A DNA stretch of 51,893 nt from a virus (IMGVR_UViG_3300050019_000211:1-51893); one strand, 5' to 3'; shown: positions 22,672 to 33,639, counted from the first letter of the stretch. Notes: generated by a model not told the origin, from the sequence alone. Translations and numbers: made by a program.

Positions 22672-25020
22672 TCAAGGCGCTGTGATGTGAGCCTTCACAG
22701 AAAGCAGTTCGGCTTGGACGGCGGCAGTCCCTAGTGGGTCGCTCCAAGTATCAGAATACGCTTGAGTTTTATAATACCAATTACTGCCAGAACTCCAGTC
22801 GTATCGAATAGAGATTTGACCGGATTGGTTGGCAATTTCAGCTATCCAATATGTGTTGCCCGCGATGACTGGAAAACTGACGGTGAATGGATGCCATTCC
22901 AGACTCCAAGTTGCAGCACCTATTTCAGTCGGCCCGGAAACCAACGCACCGGGAACACCGGCAGAATCGGCATAGAGTCCAAGTTTTACACTGGTGCCGA
23001 AAACGCAAGACGAGTAGATATAGACAGCATCAATGGTTCCCGATGCCGGAGCGGTAAATTTGGTTAAGACCCACAGGTTAAAATCGAAGACAGAAGTTGA
23101 ACCGCCAATGTTTGTATAGCCGACGATGTAACTACCTCCCCCGCCCGCCGATGGCACGGTCGTCAGCACTTGGCCTACAAGCAAACTCTGGCCAACTGGA
23201 ATCATGGACTGCGAAACCGGCGGCGTATTCGTCGTGGGAAGCAGAATCGCCACCAAGACATTTGACCCGCCGATTGTCTGCGAAGAATACCCGATGACGA
23301 CGGCGTTGGTGATGCCGTTTGTGAGAGCAAAAGATGCCCCTCCCCCAGCCGGAGCATTACTCCATGCCACTCCTGTTGGTGTCGCAGTAGCAATCTGCCC
23401 CGGCGAAGAACTGTTCTCAATTTGGACAAGATCGTTGGATGTTACATAGCTTGGAGGTAAATTAGTCACCCAGAACACATCAATGCTATTCGTCGGCAAA
23501 CTCAATGGCAAAGCGTTGCTGAAAACCACTGAATACGGATTCACCGGGTCAATGTTTTGGGCGACATAAACCGTATTCGACTGTAGAGGCCACAGGTTCG
23601 TGATGTTCACACTGACGGACTGCACCGAGTTGTTGGTGTTACGAGTGGTCAACTTTACGCCCTTCACCAGTGGAGCGGAGGCGAAATACACGCCCGCGTT
23701 GCTGTAGGTGTCCTGCGCTGAGTTGCACAGCTTGTCATTCCACACTTGGTAGGCAAACGAACTTCGTGTCAGTGCATTCGTCAGGTAGATATTATTTGCC
23801 GCCGAAAGATTGGTCACGGCAAAGATTTGCACAACTTGCAACGGGTCTGCGAACGAAATGGCCGTGTTGACTCCGCACTTGAATGAGTTGGTGTCAAATG
23901 TGCCATTGACTCCGCACATAATGTAATTTCCTGGCTTGTTGAATGCGGGATAGGTTTTGCGCCAGACGAACGTGCCCTCATACATCGCAGCACCTGTCCC
24001 GCTGCTATACCACGTTGTGAACGCGGAGTTCAGGATATTTGCCTGCCCTGCGTATTCTTCCAAAGGATAGGTGGTGGACATCTGGCTCGGAGTGTAAGAC
24101 CCATTTAGAACATTCAACGAACCGTAGGACATAAAGTAATCGTAGTGCTCGTAAATCATCTGCGGTTTATACCGCTCAATCGCACCTGACCAGGCCAGAA
24201 GAATTGAGTTGCCAATTGCAGTGTCTGCCGGTGCGTTGTCGTCAACAATTCCGTCAAAACCCCAAACGGCGAATGTCTTGGTGATGTTATCCGCCGCCGA
24301 AGGGTTATTGGTAGGCATGACGTTACCAAAGGCCGGACTATCGTAGAAAACGTGTGCCCAAAGTTGGATGCCGTTGGCATGTGCCAAGGTCGCTAGGTAG
24401 GGAGCGCCCACTGGAAAATTGGTTGGGTTTATGGCAATGGTTCCTCCAGAAAGTGCGTTGCTAGTCCAATTGATCGCATCAATCTGATAAATAATATCTT
24501 GGTTTTGGGCAAGCCCCCACGCTCCGATTGCGTTAAGCTCGTTGGTGACGTAAAGCTGATTAACCGTGTAATCGCCCTGCTCGAAGGAAGTTTCAAACAC
24601 CGCAAAGGCTGGACTCAACATCCGAGAAGTTGCCCGCGCTTGAGGCAGTTCAGTCCCAAAGATGGCAGACCCTAAAAGGTTGGTGGCTGCATTGACTTTG
24701 GACACGGCGTTGCTGGCCGTGATTTGCGTGCCCACCTGAGCAGCGGTCTGGCCGGAGCCGGATGTAAATCCATTCGTAGCTTGTTGCGCGGCAATCGCGG
24801 CAATGTTCGTCGCCTGATTCAACGATGAAATTACCTTACCGTCCGGCGCATTGGTAGCAACGCCCGCGTTAGTCGCGTTGGCTACCGTGCCGCCGACTTC
24901 GCTGCCATCTACAACTTTGTAACCAGCACCGTTGGCGGTGAGCGGCCCCGGCACGGTGACTTGCGCCAGCGCCAATCCGGTTGCCGCCAGCAAAGCAAAA
25001 AGAGAAAGAATCGTTTTCAT
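22672..25020 (-). CDS. large signal-peptide protein with a GH27/GH36-like glycoside hydrolase region
   Basis: YQIDAINW, FPVG...LATLAHANGIQLW, TFAVWGFDGIVDD; C-terminal beta-sandwich (LYADSAGVPG...GNTYWI); start taken at ATG 25020. Confidence 0.6.
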   Translation of the reverse strand: MKTILSLFALLAATGLALAQVTVPGPLTANGAGYKVVDGSEVGGTVANATNAGVATNAPDGKVISSLNQATNIAAIAAQQATNGFTSGSGQTAAQVGTQITASNAVSKVNAATNLLGSAIFGTELPQARATSRMLSPAFAVFETSFEQGDYTVNQLYVTNELNAIGAWGLAQNQDIIYQIDAINWTSNALSGGTIAINPTNFPVGAPYLATLAHANGIQLWAHVFYDSPAFGNVMPTNNPSAADNITKTFAVWGFDGIVDDNAPADTAIGNSILLAWSGAIERYKPQMIYEHYDYFMSYGSLNVLNGSYTPSQMSTTYPLEEYAGQANILNSAFTTWYSSGTGAAMYEGTFVWRKTYPAFNKPGNYIMCGVNGTFDTNSFKCGVNTAISFADPLQVVQIFAVTNLSAANNIYLTNALTRSSFAYQVWNDKLCNSAQDTYSNAGVYFASAPLVKGVKLTTRNTNNSVQSVSVNITNLWPLQSNTVYVAQNIDPVNPYSVVFSNALPLSLPTNSIDVFWVTNLPPSYVTSNDLVQIENSSSPGQIATATPTGVAWSNAPAGGGASFALTNGITNAVVIGYSSQTIGGSNVLVAILLPTTNTPPVSQSMIPVGQSLLVGQVLTTVPSAGGGGSYIVGYTNIGGSTSVFDFNLWVLTKFTAPASGTIDAVYIYSSCVFGTSVKLGLYADSAGVPGALVSGPTEIGAATWSLEWHPFTVSFPVIAGNTYWIAEIANQSGQISIRYDWSSGSNWYYKTQAYSDTWSDPLGTAAVQAELLSVKAHITAP

Positions 25021-25024
25021 ATTG

Positions 25025-25876
25025 TTATTGAACTTGGACGGTGAAATCTCCGATGGTCGCCAGCGTGTGCTGGTAGATGCGATAACTGATAATTCCGCCG
25101 GATGCGTTCGTGACATTCCGCGTCACCAGCGTCCAGCCGGCATCAGGAAAACCATTCACGGTGAAAGTCGCTGCGCCCCATGCCGCCGGGTAGCAGAAAA
25201 ACAAATAAGTGCTGGCCGTGCTGATAGTCTGCGTCGTTGCGCGTGAGGTTGCGAATGCGCCGCCAAGCGCGATGATCTGCCCATCCGTGATGGTTGAAGC
25301 CGTCTGTGCCGATGCTCCCCAATAAATCTTCGAGTAAAAATTAACCGTCGTTGAGGCCGTTGCCGTTGTCGTGCCGTCGCTGGCCGTCATGATGTAGGTT
25401 CTGGCCGTGGTGTAGCTGGAAGTGTGCGAGTAGCTGGTCAGGTTGGTGGCTACGCTGCCGATGGAATTGTCCAGCGCAAGCGAAGTGACCGGCCCGCCGG
25501 CGCGCGTCCACGTCAGCAGCGTGCTCGTGACGGTCGCTCCAACCTCCTGCGGGTTTTGATTATTCGCGAACGCTGTGATCGTCGGCGCGGAATAAAGTGA
25601 GATGATGTTCGTGCCGCCAGAAACAGTGACCGTGATGCCGGTTCCAGCCGCCAGTGTCGCGCCGCCGTTGGTGCTGCCCGCGGCAGGATTTGTTACAACA
25701 TCCACCCCGTTCACTTGCAGCTTTTGGAAGTTGCCGTTGGTGGCAAAGACGCCAGGGAACTGGTTCGTCGGCGTGCCGATTGAGTCCGGCGCGGACGGGT
25801 TCGGAATGATGGGTGTGGCGGACGCCAGCGCCGCCGCGAACGCGAATATTAAAGCAAGGAATGGTTTCATGTTCAT
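25025..25876 (-). CDS. Thr-rich signal-peptide protein, putative tail appendage
   Basis: MKPFLALIFAFAAALASA; AGTGITVT motif; IYWG...YLFFCYPAAWG domain. Confidence 0.65.
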   Translation of the reverse strand: MNMKPFLALIFAFAAALASATPIIPNPSAPDSIGTPTNQFPGVFATNGNFQKLQVNGVDVVTNPAAGSTNGGATLAAGTGITVTVSGGTNIISLYSAPTITAFANNQNPQEVGATVTSTLLTWTRAGGPVTSLALDNSIGSVATNLTSYSHTSSYTTARTYIMTASDGTTTATASTTVNFYSKIYWGASAQTASTITDGQIIALGGAFATSRATTQTISTASTYLFFCYPAAWGAATFTVNGFPDAGWTLVTRNVTNASGGIISYRIYQHTLATIGDFTVQVQ

Positions 25877-26445
25877 TGTGGGTAAATGTTGCCGCCGGCC
25901 GAAATCCAGCCGCCGTTGGTGCCCGTGCTGCCATTGGGATAAATACTGCCGCCCAAGCTGGTCCACAGGCCGCTGCTGGAGCCGCTGATGTTCACCGTTA
26001 CGTTCGTCACCACCGGGTTTGGGTAATAAAAGGTGGCCGGATCCACATATTTACCAATCCACGCCGTCTGGAGTGTGATCGTCGTGTTGGTTCCAGCCGT
26101 AGCCGGGATTAAAAAGTTGGTTGACCAAACCCGATACCCGGACAGGTCAATTTGATAGGGAATGCCGCAAACCAAATTACTGACCGTCACCGTCCCGTTG
26201 GTCAACCGAGGCTGCTGTGACACGTTGATGGTTTGCGGCGGATTGACATAAATCGTGTTGCCGATGGGCGCCCAATACTTGGGAGTTACGGTCACGGACC
26301 GGACGGCCGCGGAATTCAGCCCGAACGAACTGATGTTGATGGTGACGTTATTGGTGGAAATAGCCGTCTGCGCCAGTGAGGGACCGGCGCAAACGAGCGA
26401 AGTCAAGGCGAGAAATGGGAGCAATAATGCCCGGATGAACTTCAT
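25873..26445 (-). CDS. signal-peptide beta-rich protein
   Basis: MKFIRALLLPFLALTSLVCAG. Confidence 0.65.
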   Translation of the reverse strand: MKFIRALLLPFLALTSLVCAGPSLAQTAISTNNVTINISSFGLNSAAVRSVTVTPKYWAPIGNTIYVNPPQTINVSQQPRLTNGTVTVSNLVCGIPYQIDLSGYRVWSTNFLIPATAGTNTTITLQTAWIGKYVDPATFYYPNPVVTNVTVNISGSSSGLWTSLGGSIYPNGSTGTNGGWISAGGNIYPQ

Positions 26446-26490
26446 ATAAAACCCACGGAGTCAAACCTTGCGGTTGGCCCACTGCCCGGT

Positions 26491-26796
26491 TTAATGCGGA
26501 AAGTTCCGATTCAGCCAGGTCTGGGCATCCGCGCATCCGCACAATTGCCCTACCCGTGCCGCAAACCACGCCGCGAATCGTTTCCCATTCGTGCCGCCAG
26601 CCATTCGCGCCACCGTGTCACCCAGCCCGCGGTCTGCCGGCCGGCGATACCGCTTCAAATGCTTGACCAGGCGCGGCGAGTTGGCGATGAATTTGGCCAG
26701 CTTGTTTGGCTTGCCGGAAGAATTGACTGTGGACTGTGGACTGTGGACTGTGGACTGGGCCGGTAGCGGTGCGTTCTTTGGCAATCCATGAATCAT
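26491..26796 (-). CDS. small tail-region protein with a GLGD...CGC motif
   Basis: RGLGDTVAR...CGCADAQTWLNR; start taken at ATG 26796. Confidence 0.65.
   Translation of the reverse strand: MIHGLPKNAPLPAQSTVHSPQSTVNSSGKPNKLAKFIANSPRLVKHLKRYRRPADRGLGDTVARMAGGTNGKRFAAWFAARVGQLCGCADAQTWLNRNFPH
26725..26759 (+). repeat. (GACTGTG)4 heptamer tandem repeat
   Basis: Seen directly; the same unit occurs at 42295-42333. Confidence 0.9.
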
Positions 26797-29700
26797 GGGC
26801 AAAGCGTAAAAGTTCCCGTCGGAGCGTAAATCGTGGCCGGCTGGTCGGCTGGCGATGGCGGAAAGGCGATGTTCCCGACGCTGTAAGCCGCGGCATTCAA
26901 CATCGTGTAATCGTAGAGTAACACCGGCGTCTCGTTCAACGCCGCCCCGCCGCCACCATCAGGCGAGGCTGTCAAGCTGCTTGACCCCGGCAGAATCGCC
27001 CGCGCTTCCACAATCGGCACGCACGTCGGCGGACAACCCTTCACCGGATAGGCTTCAGTTCCGCATTCATCGCTCGCGCAGGCCGGGTGCGGGATTTGAT
27101 AAAACGGGTCGGTCATGCCTTGAAATACACTCACCACCCGGCGCGAACCGTAGCGCGGGTCGGCGATGAAAGTGTTGTCAGAAAAATCAAATCTGTCGCC
27201 CTGATTGGCCGGCGGCGTGTCGGTCGAGTGCGGAGACATGACTATGTAGCCCGGCCCGCAAGCTGCCGTCTTTTTGCAAACATCCGCCAGCGTCGTCAGC
27301 GTCGGGTCGTAACCGTCATTCGCAACCGGAAGGTCGCCGCCAAACAGCCCGGCGCAAGCTGAAGACCAGACGCACGTCCAGATTATGCCGCCATCGCTCG
27401 CGGTGTCTCCTACGGACGGCGATGACGGAAAAGGGTCGCTGCTGCTTCCAGCAGGGCCGCTGGCAGTCGTCACGCGCCACAAATCGCCAGCCGAATCGAG
27501 TGTTTCGTAACCGAGCGGATAAACGCCGTTTGGCTCGCGCGAATTGACCGTCATCCGCAAAAATTCTCCGGTGGTTCGCAAATCAAAACTCCACTCGCCT
27601 TTGACCATCGTTCCGACGCCACCATGCGCGCCCTGCCAGCCGTCGTAACACCAATACCATTTTGGGATTGGATGGTTGCTTGCATCCGGCATCTGCCAGT
27701 TCACCGCGGACTCGCCCGGCAGCGCGCCGTAAAGCACAACCCATTTCGTCGCCGAAATGTCTGCCAGCGCCGCCGTCACAATGAACGTCGTCAGCGTGCT
27801 GGCTGTAGGAATATAATCCACCGGGGAGATTAACGGCAGTTGCCCGGCGTCGGCGGCGTGCGTGCCGGGCCGGTTGCCATTTGAATCCTTGATTTGTAAC
27901 CCAACCACCACGTTGCTTTTCAGCGCCGTCATGTCTGCCGCGCAGAAATCCAGCGCGTAAGTCCCTGCCGTCCCGTCCGGCTTGATATTGTTCAGCACGG
28001 GCAGCGCCTCGGCAAGAACCACCGTGCAAGTGCCGTCGCCATTGTCGGCCACCGACACCACCGCCAGCCGCCCGCCAAACGGCGGGCAACTCGGCATCCG
28101 AAATTGGAAGCAGATGCCTTTCGTATCGCCGGCCAAGTCGGCGCCGTCATCCCAATAGTCAAATCCCGATGGCAGGCTTCCGACGGAATGACAGGTGAAA
28201 CTTGGATTAGTGAACGTGTCAATGTGGTAAAGCCCGTCAACGCCGGTTTCAAACATTGCCCAATTCTGGCCCGCAGCAAATCCGGTTGGCGTGCGCGCGA
28301 AAGTTCCCGCTATCCCGGTGAAGCTGCTAGTGCCAAAATCAGCCGTGAAGCAGCCAACTTTGTTTTCATCCACCAGCCATCTGTCTTTCCCGAAAGGCCG
28401 CGCATGATTGAACGCAGGAAATCTCACAACCGTCTGGACACACTTCGACACCCAGATGCTACCGAGCGGAGCGAACTGCGGCCCGTAAAGGCGCTGGCGG
28501 CAGAAGGCCAGTTGCGACGCCTCCCATCGGTTCGTCGTCTGCGTCACACGGTAATCTTTATTCCACTTCCCGTAGGCTCGGAGATAGGCCGAATCCAGCC
28601 AGATCCTCGGCGGGCAATTTTCATAATCCAAAAAATTCGCGTCGAAGTAATCCATCGGCACTCCATCGCCGTTGATCAAGTCCAGCGGCAGGCCAAGAAT
28701 CGAGCCGTCCACAACTGTCACCAGCGTTCCAGTGTCGCTGGCAAATTCGGCTGCCTCGTTTCCAACAAGACAAAAGGCTCCGTAGTAAGGCGCGGCGTCG
28801 GAATGTTTCCACAGCTGGCAGGTCGTGTCATACCAGTCCATCGTCCCGGCGGGATTTGTGGAATAGTCCGGCACTGGTGTTAACGATACGATTCCGACAT
28901 CCGAAAACTGCCGCTCGGTTGGCAACTCGTTCCTCGTCACTTTCGGAATGATGCCGTCCCAGGGCCGCGTTTGCAGCGGCATCAAAGACCTGTCCATGAG
29001 ATTCCACGATTGATAGTTCGCCTCGGCGTCGGCGGTCACGTCGGCAACGGTGTTCGCAATTGAAAGCGTGGCGATGCAAGATGCCGTATAGGTTTGTGGC
29101 GGATCTGTGTAAGAATAGGTGCTTCCATACGTTCTAATCAACGAATAACTTGTCTTTGTTATGTCTAGCACTTCATCTACTAAAAGTATCGGACCGGTTC
29201 CAGGCCCACCGTCCGGGCTTATTGGAACGTAGGCATACGGGTAATGCCACTCAAAATGGCCGGTGTCAAAATTTACGTCAAACCATTCTAATAGCAAGCC
29301 ATCTGAATCTCTTGTCACCTTTCCATTGACGTGACCAGTTCCATTAGCCGCGCCGCCGGTGTAATTGAACGTGATTGTAAAACCGGTTCCGTAACTGATT
29401 GATTGTGGGTCGCGAATGCCAATGTAGGTTGGCCCATAAGAAAGAAAATCAAGCCCGTCTTTCAAACTCCCAAGCCCCTTGGAAAGCAAGCTGGCTGGGG
29501 CGCTCATGCCGGAAGGATAATCAACCCCGCTGGTGAGTGGCGGCATATCAGCGCCGCCATTCAATTCCAACTCACCGCTGTTTTTATTAATGGACATTGA
29601 TCTTGAATCGGAGATGTTGAAATTCGTATATCCAGACACCCAACTGCTGATGTAGGTGCAGTTGATGTCCAAAGTAAGATATTTTGTTTGCGGAATCGTG

Positions 29701-30560
29701 TAACTGCACGGGCTGGTGCTGGCCCGGCACGGCTCGTAATTCGCCAATCCAAGGCAAAATTCCGTAGTGCCGATATTTTGAATCGTTGGCACTCCGTTCG
29801 GATCGTTGAATGGTTTCTGCCCATGCCACCTTCGATTCGAGCACACCTCCGCCCAGCCCACTTGGTTGCACCCACTGAAATTGTGAACCGCGTCCTGCCG
29901 CAAAAATGTGAACACCGCCGCCGTGCCAGACGGATGCGGATTTGCATCAGTCAGCGCCGTTAAATCTACATATACCGCTCCGGCGACAACGACCGTTGCG
30001 CTTTCAATGATGCCGCTGGTCGGTGTCGTGGTTTTGATTCGGAATGTCGGAGCCACGTCATCTGGATTAGACGATGGCGAGTAAGGCAGCGTCACCGTCA
30101 GCAACGCGCCGTCTGTGTAACCCGTGCCGCCGGACACAACCGACACCTCCAGCAGCGCGTCCATCGGCGTTGAGGCGAACGTGTTGACCGGCGGCCGCTG
30201 AGTCCACGGCCCGCAAAAGTTGGTGGCAAAATCGAAATTGTTTCCCGTGTAGCGCGTGCCTGTGCTGCCCACGTTCCGGGCGCAATCTCCAAACCCGCAA
30301 TACAGCGAAATCCCATCGAAAAATCCATCCGGCGAATGGAGTGGCGAGAAGTCTGCCGTCCCGGTGGTGGCATTCAGCGTGGTGCCGATGCCTTGAGCCT
30401 GATCGCTGGATGGACTTTGGCCCGGCCCGGAGCCGCAGAGGTTTGTCGTGTTTTTGTAGAGCTTCAGCCCCGGCTTCTTGCGGTAGTAACGCTGCGCGCC
30501 GCAGGATTTATATCCCGCGCACTTGGCCGGTTGCGGCGGGCTGGTAGTCACGTTGCTCAT
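26793..30560 (-). CDS. large Cys-rich tail tip / host-interaction protein (1255 aa)
   Basis: Position after the tape measure and distal tail genes; VVSGGTGYT and ASDGGIIWTC motifs typical of tail appendages. Confidence 0.65.
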   Translation of the reverse strand: MSNVTTSPPQPAKCAGYKSCGAQRYYRKKPGLKLYKNTTNLCGSGPGQSPSSDQAQGIGTTLNATTGTADFSPLHSPDGFFDGISLYCGFGDCARNVGSTGTRYTGNNFDFATNFCGPWTQRPPVNTFASTPMDALLEVSVVSGGTGYTDGALLTVTLPYSPSSNPDDVAPTFRIKTTTPTSGIIESATVVVAGAVYVDLTALTDANPHPSGTAAVFTFLRQDAVHNFSGCNQVGWAEVCSNRRWHGQKPFNDPNGVPTIQNIGTTEFCLGLANYEPCRASTSPCSYTIPQTKYLTLDINCTYISSWVSGYTNFNISDSRSMSINKNSGELELNGGADMPPLTSGVDYPSGMSAPASLLSKGLGSLKDGLDFLSYGPTYIGIRDPQSISYGTGFTITFNYTGGAANGTGHVNGKVTRDSDGLLLEWFDVNFDTGHFEWHYPYAYVPISPDGGPGTGPILLVDEVLDITKTSYSLIRTYGSTYSYTDPPQTYTASCIATLSIANTVADVTADAEANYQSWNLMDRSLMPLQTRPWDGIIPKVTRNELPTERQFSDVGIVSLTPVPDYSTNPAGTMDWYDTTCQLWKHSDAAPYYGAFCLVGNEAAEFASDTGTLVTVVDGSILGLPLDLINGDGVPMDYFDANFLDYENCPPRIWLDSAYLRAYGKWNKDYRVTQTTNRWEASQLAFCRQRLYGPQFAPLGSIWVSKCVQTVVRFPAFNHARPFGKDRWLVDENKVGCFTADFGTSSFTGIAGTFARTPTGFAAGQNWAMFETGVDGLYHIDTFTNPSFTCHSVGSLPSGFDYWDDGADLAGDTKGICFQFRMPSCPPFGGRLAVVSVADNGDGTCTVVLAEALPVLNNIKPDGTAGTYALDFCAADMTALKSNVVVGLQIKDSNGNRPGTHAADAGQLPLISPVDYIPTASTLTTFIVTAALADISATKWVVLYGALPGESAVNWQMPDASNHPIPKWYWCYDGWQGAHGGVGTMVKGEWSFDLRTTGEFLRMTVNSREPNGVYPLGYETLDSAGDLWRVTTASGPAGSSSDPFPSSPSVGDTASDGGIIWTCVWSSACAGLFGGDLPVANDGYDPTLTTLADVCKKTAACGPGYIVMSPHSTDTPPANQGDRFDFSDNTFIADPRYGSRRVVSVFQGMTDPFYQIPHPACASDECGTEAYPVKGCPPTCVPIVEARAILPGSSSLTASPDGGGGAALNETPVLLYDYTMLNAAAYSVGNIAFPPSPADQPATIYAPTGTFTLCP

Positions 30561-30563
30561 TTG

Positions 30564-31010
30564 TCAAACGCAGTAGGGGACAATCAGGAGAGCGTAGCAT
30601 GTCCCTGTGGCCGGCAGAGGGTCTTGCGGCACGGCGTTGCCCGTTGGACTGGCCGGAACGCTCCCGGCCCATGTCCGCGCCAGTTGCGCGTCCACGCCCG
30701 CTGAAGGCACGCCATACAGCCCAGCGGCAACCGTGATTGTGGCGATTGTCATTTGAGTCAGAACCACAAACGTATCCCCCGTCGCATAACTTTTCGTCTG
30801 GTCGTAGATGTCAAAGCTTCCGGCAGGCGCGCTGGGCCGGCTTCCGCGCGCGGGTTTTGCGTGAAATCGTGTTCCCCTGGTGGTCTGTTCCACCTTTACC
30901 GTCTCCGTGGAAAAAAATTGCAGTTCCTTCAGGCGGTCCAGCACGCGATTGATGAAGTCGCTGTCTGGTCCGTTTCCGGTAGCGTCTGAATGGATGTTTT
31001 TGGAGCGCAT
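30564..31010 (-). CDS. tail-region hypothetical protein
   Basis: VEQTTRGT motif; YDQTKSYATGD carbohydrate-binding-like motif. Confidence 0.65.
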   Translation of the reverse strand: MRSKNIHSDATGNGPDSDFINRVLDRLKELQFFSTETVKVEQTTRGTRFHAKPARGSRPSAPAGSFDIYDQTKSYATGDTFVVLTQMTIATITVAAGLYGVPSAGVDAQLARTWAGSVPASPTGNAVPQDPLPATGTCYALLIVPYCV

Positions 31011-31011
31011 T

Positions 31012-31926
31012 TTAACGCGGCTCGTAGCGGAGGGTGCTCCAGAGGTTCAGCGCGTATTCCGTTTCGCATTCAACCATGAAATTAGCCATGACCGGCTCCC
31101 TCGAAATGGTTTTCTTCCAGCCCCACTCATAATAACCAGCCTCGGTGGTTGGCGCAAGCTGAAACGGGATGCCCGCAATCTTGGAATACAGGCGAGGCGG
31201 CAGATTGTAAGTCCACCCACTGCCCACCTCCGTCAACAACTGTGCCGGCGTGTAAATCTTTCCCGTGTTGGCCGTGCTGGTGTTGTAAAGTGCGCCCGCG
31301 CTGCAATAGCTCGTGTGCCTCAAGACGTATGCGGGGCGTTCAAATTCCGTCTGTCCCTTCATTATTTCGATATAAATCTGCTTGGAACGGGAATCGGAAG
31401 GCGATTGATATTGCGATGGTGAATCCCCCGTCCCGCCGGATGCCGGGTAAGACAAAGACTGTGGCGTGTCATTGCACCTTTTATTTGCGTCCGCCAGCGC
31501 TTCGTCAAGCGCGAAACCGTTAATAGCAACGGATGAAAGGATCACCTTGTCGTTGTCCGTCATCCAGCCGGCCGCACCGACGATCAGAGGGTTGTTGAAA
31601 ATCGAATCCGTGGGTTCGTTTGTCAGCAACTCCCATAAATCGAAATAAAGTTCGGACAGAACGCTCTGAAGGTTGTTCAACAATCCCGGCACGGATACTT
31701 CGAGGCTTTTGACCTCCGCGCCGGTCGAGCCGTCAAGACCCACGTCGCACCCCAAAAACGTCCCCGATGCGCCGAATTGGACAATGTAATTGTAATAGGC
31801 GATCAGCGGCCCAATCGTCAGGCATGTCACCGTGAAATGCGTCGTCGTTCCCTTCGGCCCGTAATCAATCTTGAGCGGCCCGAACGTGAGTGCTAGAAAA
31901 CCGCTGCCTTGTAAGTAGCCTGCCAT
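31012..31926 (-). CDS. putative distal tail protein
   Basis: 304-aa ORF directly downstream of the tape measure gene (synteny only). Confidence 0.55.
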   Translation of the reverse strand: MAGYLQGSGFLALTFGPLKIDYGPKGTTTHFTVTCLTIGPLIAYYNYIVQFGASGTFLGCDVGLDGSTGAEVKSLEVSVPGLLNNLQSVLSELYFDLWELLTNEPTDSIFNNPLIVGAAGWMTDNDKVILSSVAINGFALDEALADANKRCNDTPQSLSYPASGGTGDSPSQYQSPSDSRSKQIYIEIMKGQTEFERPAYVLRHTSYCSAGALYNTSTANTGKIYTPAQLLTEVGSGWTYNLPPRLYSKIAGIPFQLAPTTEAGYYEWGWKKTISREPVMANFMVECETEYALNLWSTLRYEPR

Positions 31927-31932
31927 AAAATA

Positions 31933-33639
31933 TCAGATGTTGAATTTGTGGAAGATTTCATTTCCGCCCCGCGTGTTTCCGTCGGACGGCCTTGTTCCAA
32001 GTTGCGGCTTGCGCTCGCCGGGCGGATGATTGCTCGGCGGATGCGCGGGTGTAACCTTATGGTCAATAGATTTCAACGATGTCGCCATCTGCAACATCAC
32101 CGGCGGCGTGGCTGCGTATGCGCCAATCTTTTGCTGGCTGTTCAGGGAATAGCCTTTTTCTTCCATCTTGCCCAAATCCCTGGCTTTTCCCTCGGCAAGC
32201 TTCGCGGCGGCTTCGGCGGAAGTTTCGGCATTTTTCTGTGCATTCGCTTTTACAATGTCCGGGACGGAAGCGCCGATTCCGGCGGCAGCAGCCGCTGCCT
32301 TTGCTGCGTCCTTTACAAGTTGCTCCTTGGCCTTTCGGGTTTCGTCATTAGCTTTTACCTCATCCGCGAAGGCATCCCGTTTTGCGATTGTTTTTGCCGC
32401 CAATGCAGCCCCACCTTCTTCAGTAGCCTGCAACATTTTATACATCGCATACCCTTGCAGCGGGCCTTTTGCTGCAATTGCAAAGTTTTTTTTCACTTCA
32501 CCCCAAACGCCATCACCCTTCAAAAACTTTTCAGCTGCCTCGGCTTCTTGGTTTAACTGTCCAAATGATTTTTGATCTTCTGCCTTTGTGGTTACCTTTA
32601 TTGCATTGGCCTGTGCGAATTTATTTTGGGAATCGGATTCAAGGGCATGTTTCTCCAGCAGCTTGTTGGCTAGTTCGGTTCCTTGCTGCATTTTTTGCAA
32701 TTCCAAACTCTTGCCGGCATATCTGGCTTCAATTCCTTCTTTTTGCCCTGGAGTCTTTGCGGTGGTGAGTTCGGTTTCCTTTTGAATATCCAGCATCTTT
32801 TTTAGATATTCAAAATGTTCCTTCGAGGCAGTTGCGCCACGCTTCGCTTGCTCTGCCGCAGAATAGTAAGCATTGACTGTTTTATTAACCTCATCGGTTA
32901 TTTCTTTTTGGGCGTTGCGAACATCACTAAGATGCCGCTCCAGCAGTGGTATGTAATCATCCCTCAAATCAATTGTAGAAACGTCAAAACCAAGGCTCTT
33001 GATAAGATTACTGATTCCCCAGATGCGTTCATAAACAACACCAACCGCAAGCGCCACGGCTGTGAAAATTCCAGAAATTAAGATCCACGACATTCCCGCG
33101 CCAGCCGTTGCCGCCGCATCCGCTTCTTGAGCCGCAGCATCGGCAGCCGCAGCCTCGGCCTTTCGTGCGAGTGCCGCCGCCGCCGCATTTGCAGTTGCGG
33201 CTTCCTCAGCATCAGCATCGGCGGCGGTTAATGTGGCATCAATTTCAAATCCCTCCATTTCAGCCTCAGTTGCCGTTGCCGATGCTTTTCGCATTGCTGC
33301 AACTGCCGCCGCATTTGCCTTGAATGAAGCCTCGGCATAAGCATCTGATAGTGTTCGCGCCGCAGATGCCCCTTGTTGCGCCGCCCTTGATGCACTGCTT
33401 AGATATTGAGTGAGAAGCGTCAGGGAAGCCAGAATGCGCCCGATTCCGCGCCCTTGCGCTATTTCACGCCCAATGACGGCGGTTTCACGGACGATGCCCG
33501 TCGTCCCTACCATGTGGCCGGATGCCGCCGCAGATGCCATGCGCCGGCTGGATGCGACCGTCAGCGCCTGCATCCGCGCCAGTTCCGCCTGGAACTGCGT
33601 CGAATTCGCCCCAAAAATGACTGTTACAGCCGATGCCAT
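31933..33639 (-). CDS. tail tape measure protein
   Basis: N-terminal VIFGANSTQFQAEL, Ala-rich helical composition, position after tube and chaperone genes. Confidence 0.75.
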   Translation of the reverse strand: MASAVTVIFGANSTQFQAELARMQALTVASSRRMASAAASGHMVGTTGIVRETAVIGREIAQGRGIGRILASLTLLTQYLSSASRAAQQGASAARTLSDAYAEASFKANAAAVAAMRKASATATEAEMEGFEIDATLTAADADAEEAATANAAAAALARKAEAAAADAAAQEADAAATAGAGMSWILISGIFTAVALAVGVVYERIWGISNLIKSLGFDVSTIDLRDDYIPLLERHLSDVRNAQKEITDEVNKTVNAYYSAAEQAKRGATASKEHFEYLKKMLDIQKETELTTAKTPGQKEGIEARYAGKSLELQKMQQGTELANKLLEKHALESDSQNKFAQANAIKVTTKAEDQKSFGQLNQEAEAAEKFLKGDGVWGEVKKNFAIAAKGPLQGYAMYKMLQATEEGGAALAAKTIAKRDAFADEVKANDETRKAKEQLVKDAAKAAAAAAGIGASVPDIVKANAQKNAETSAEAAAKLAEGKARDLGKMEEKGYSLNSQQKIGAYAATPPVMLQMATSLKSIDHKVTPAHPPSNHPPGERKPQLGTRPSDGNTRGGNEIFHKFNI

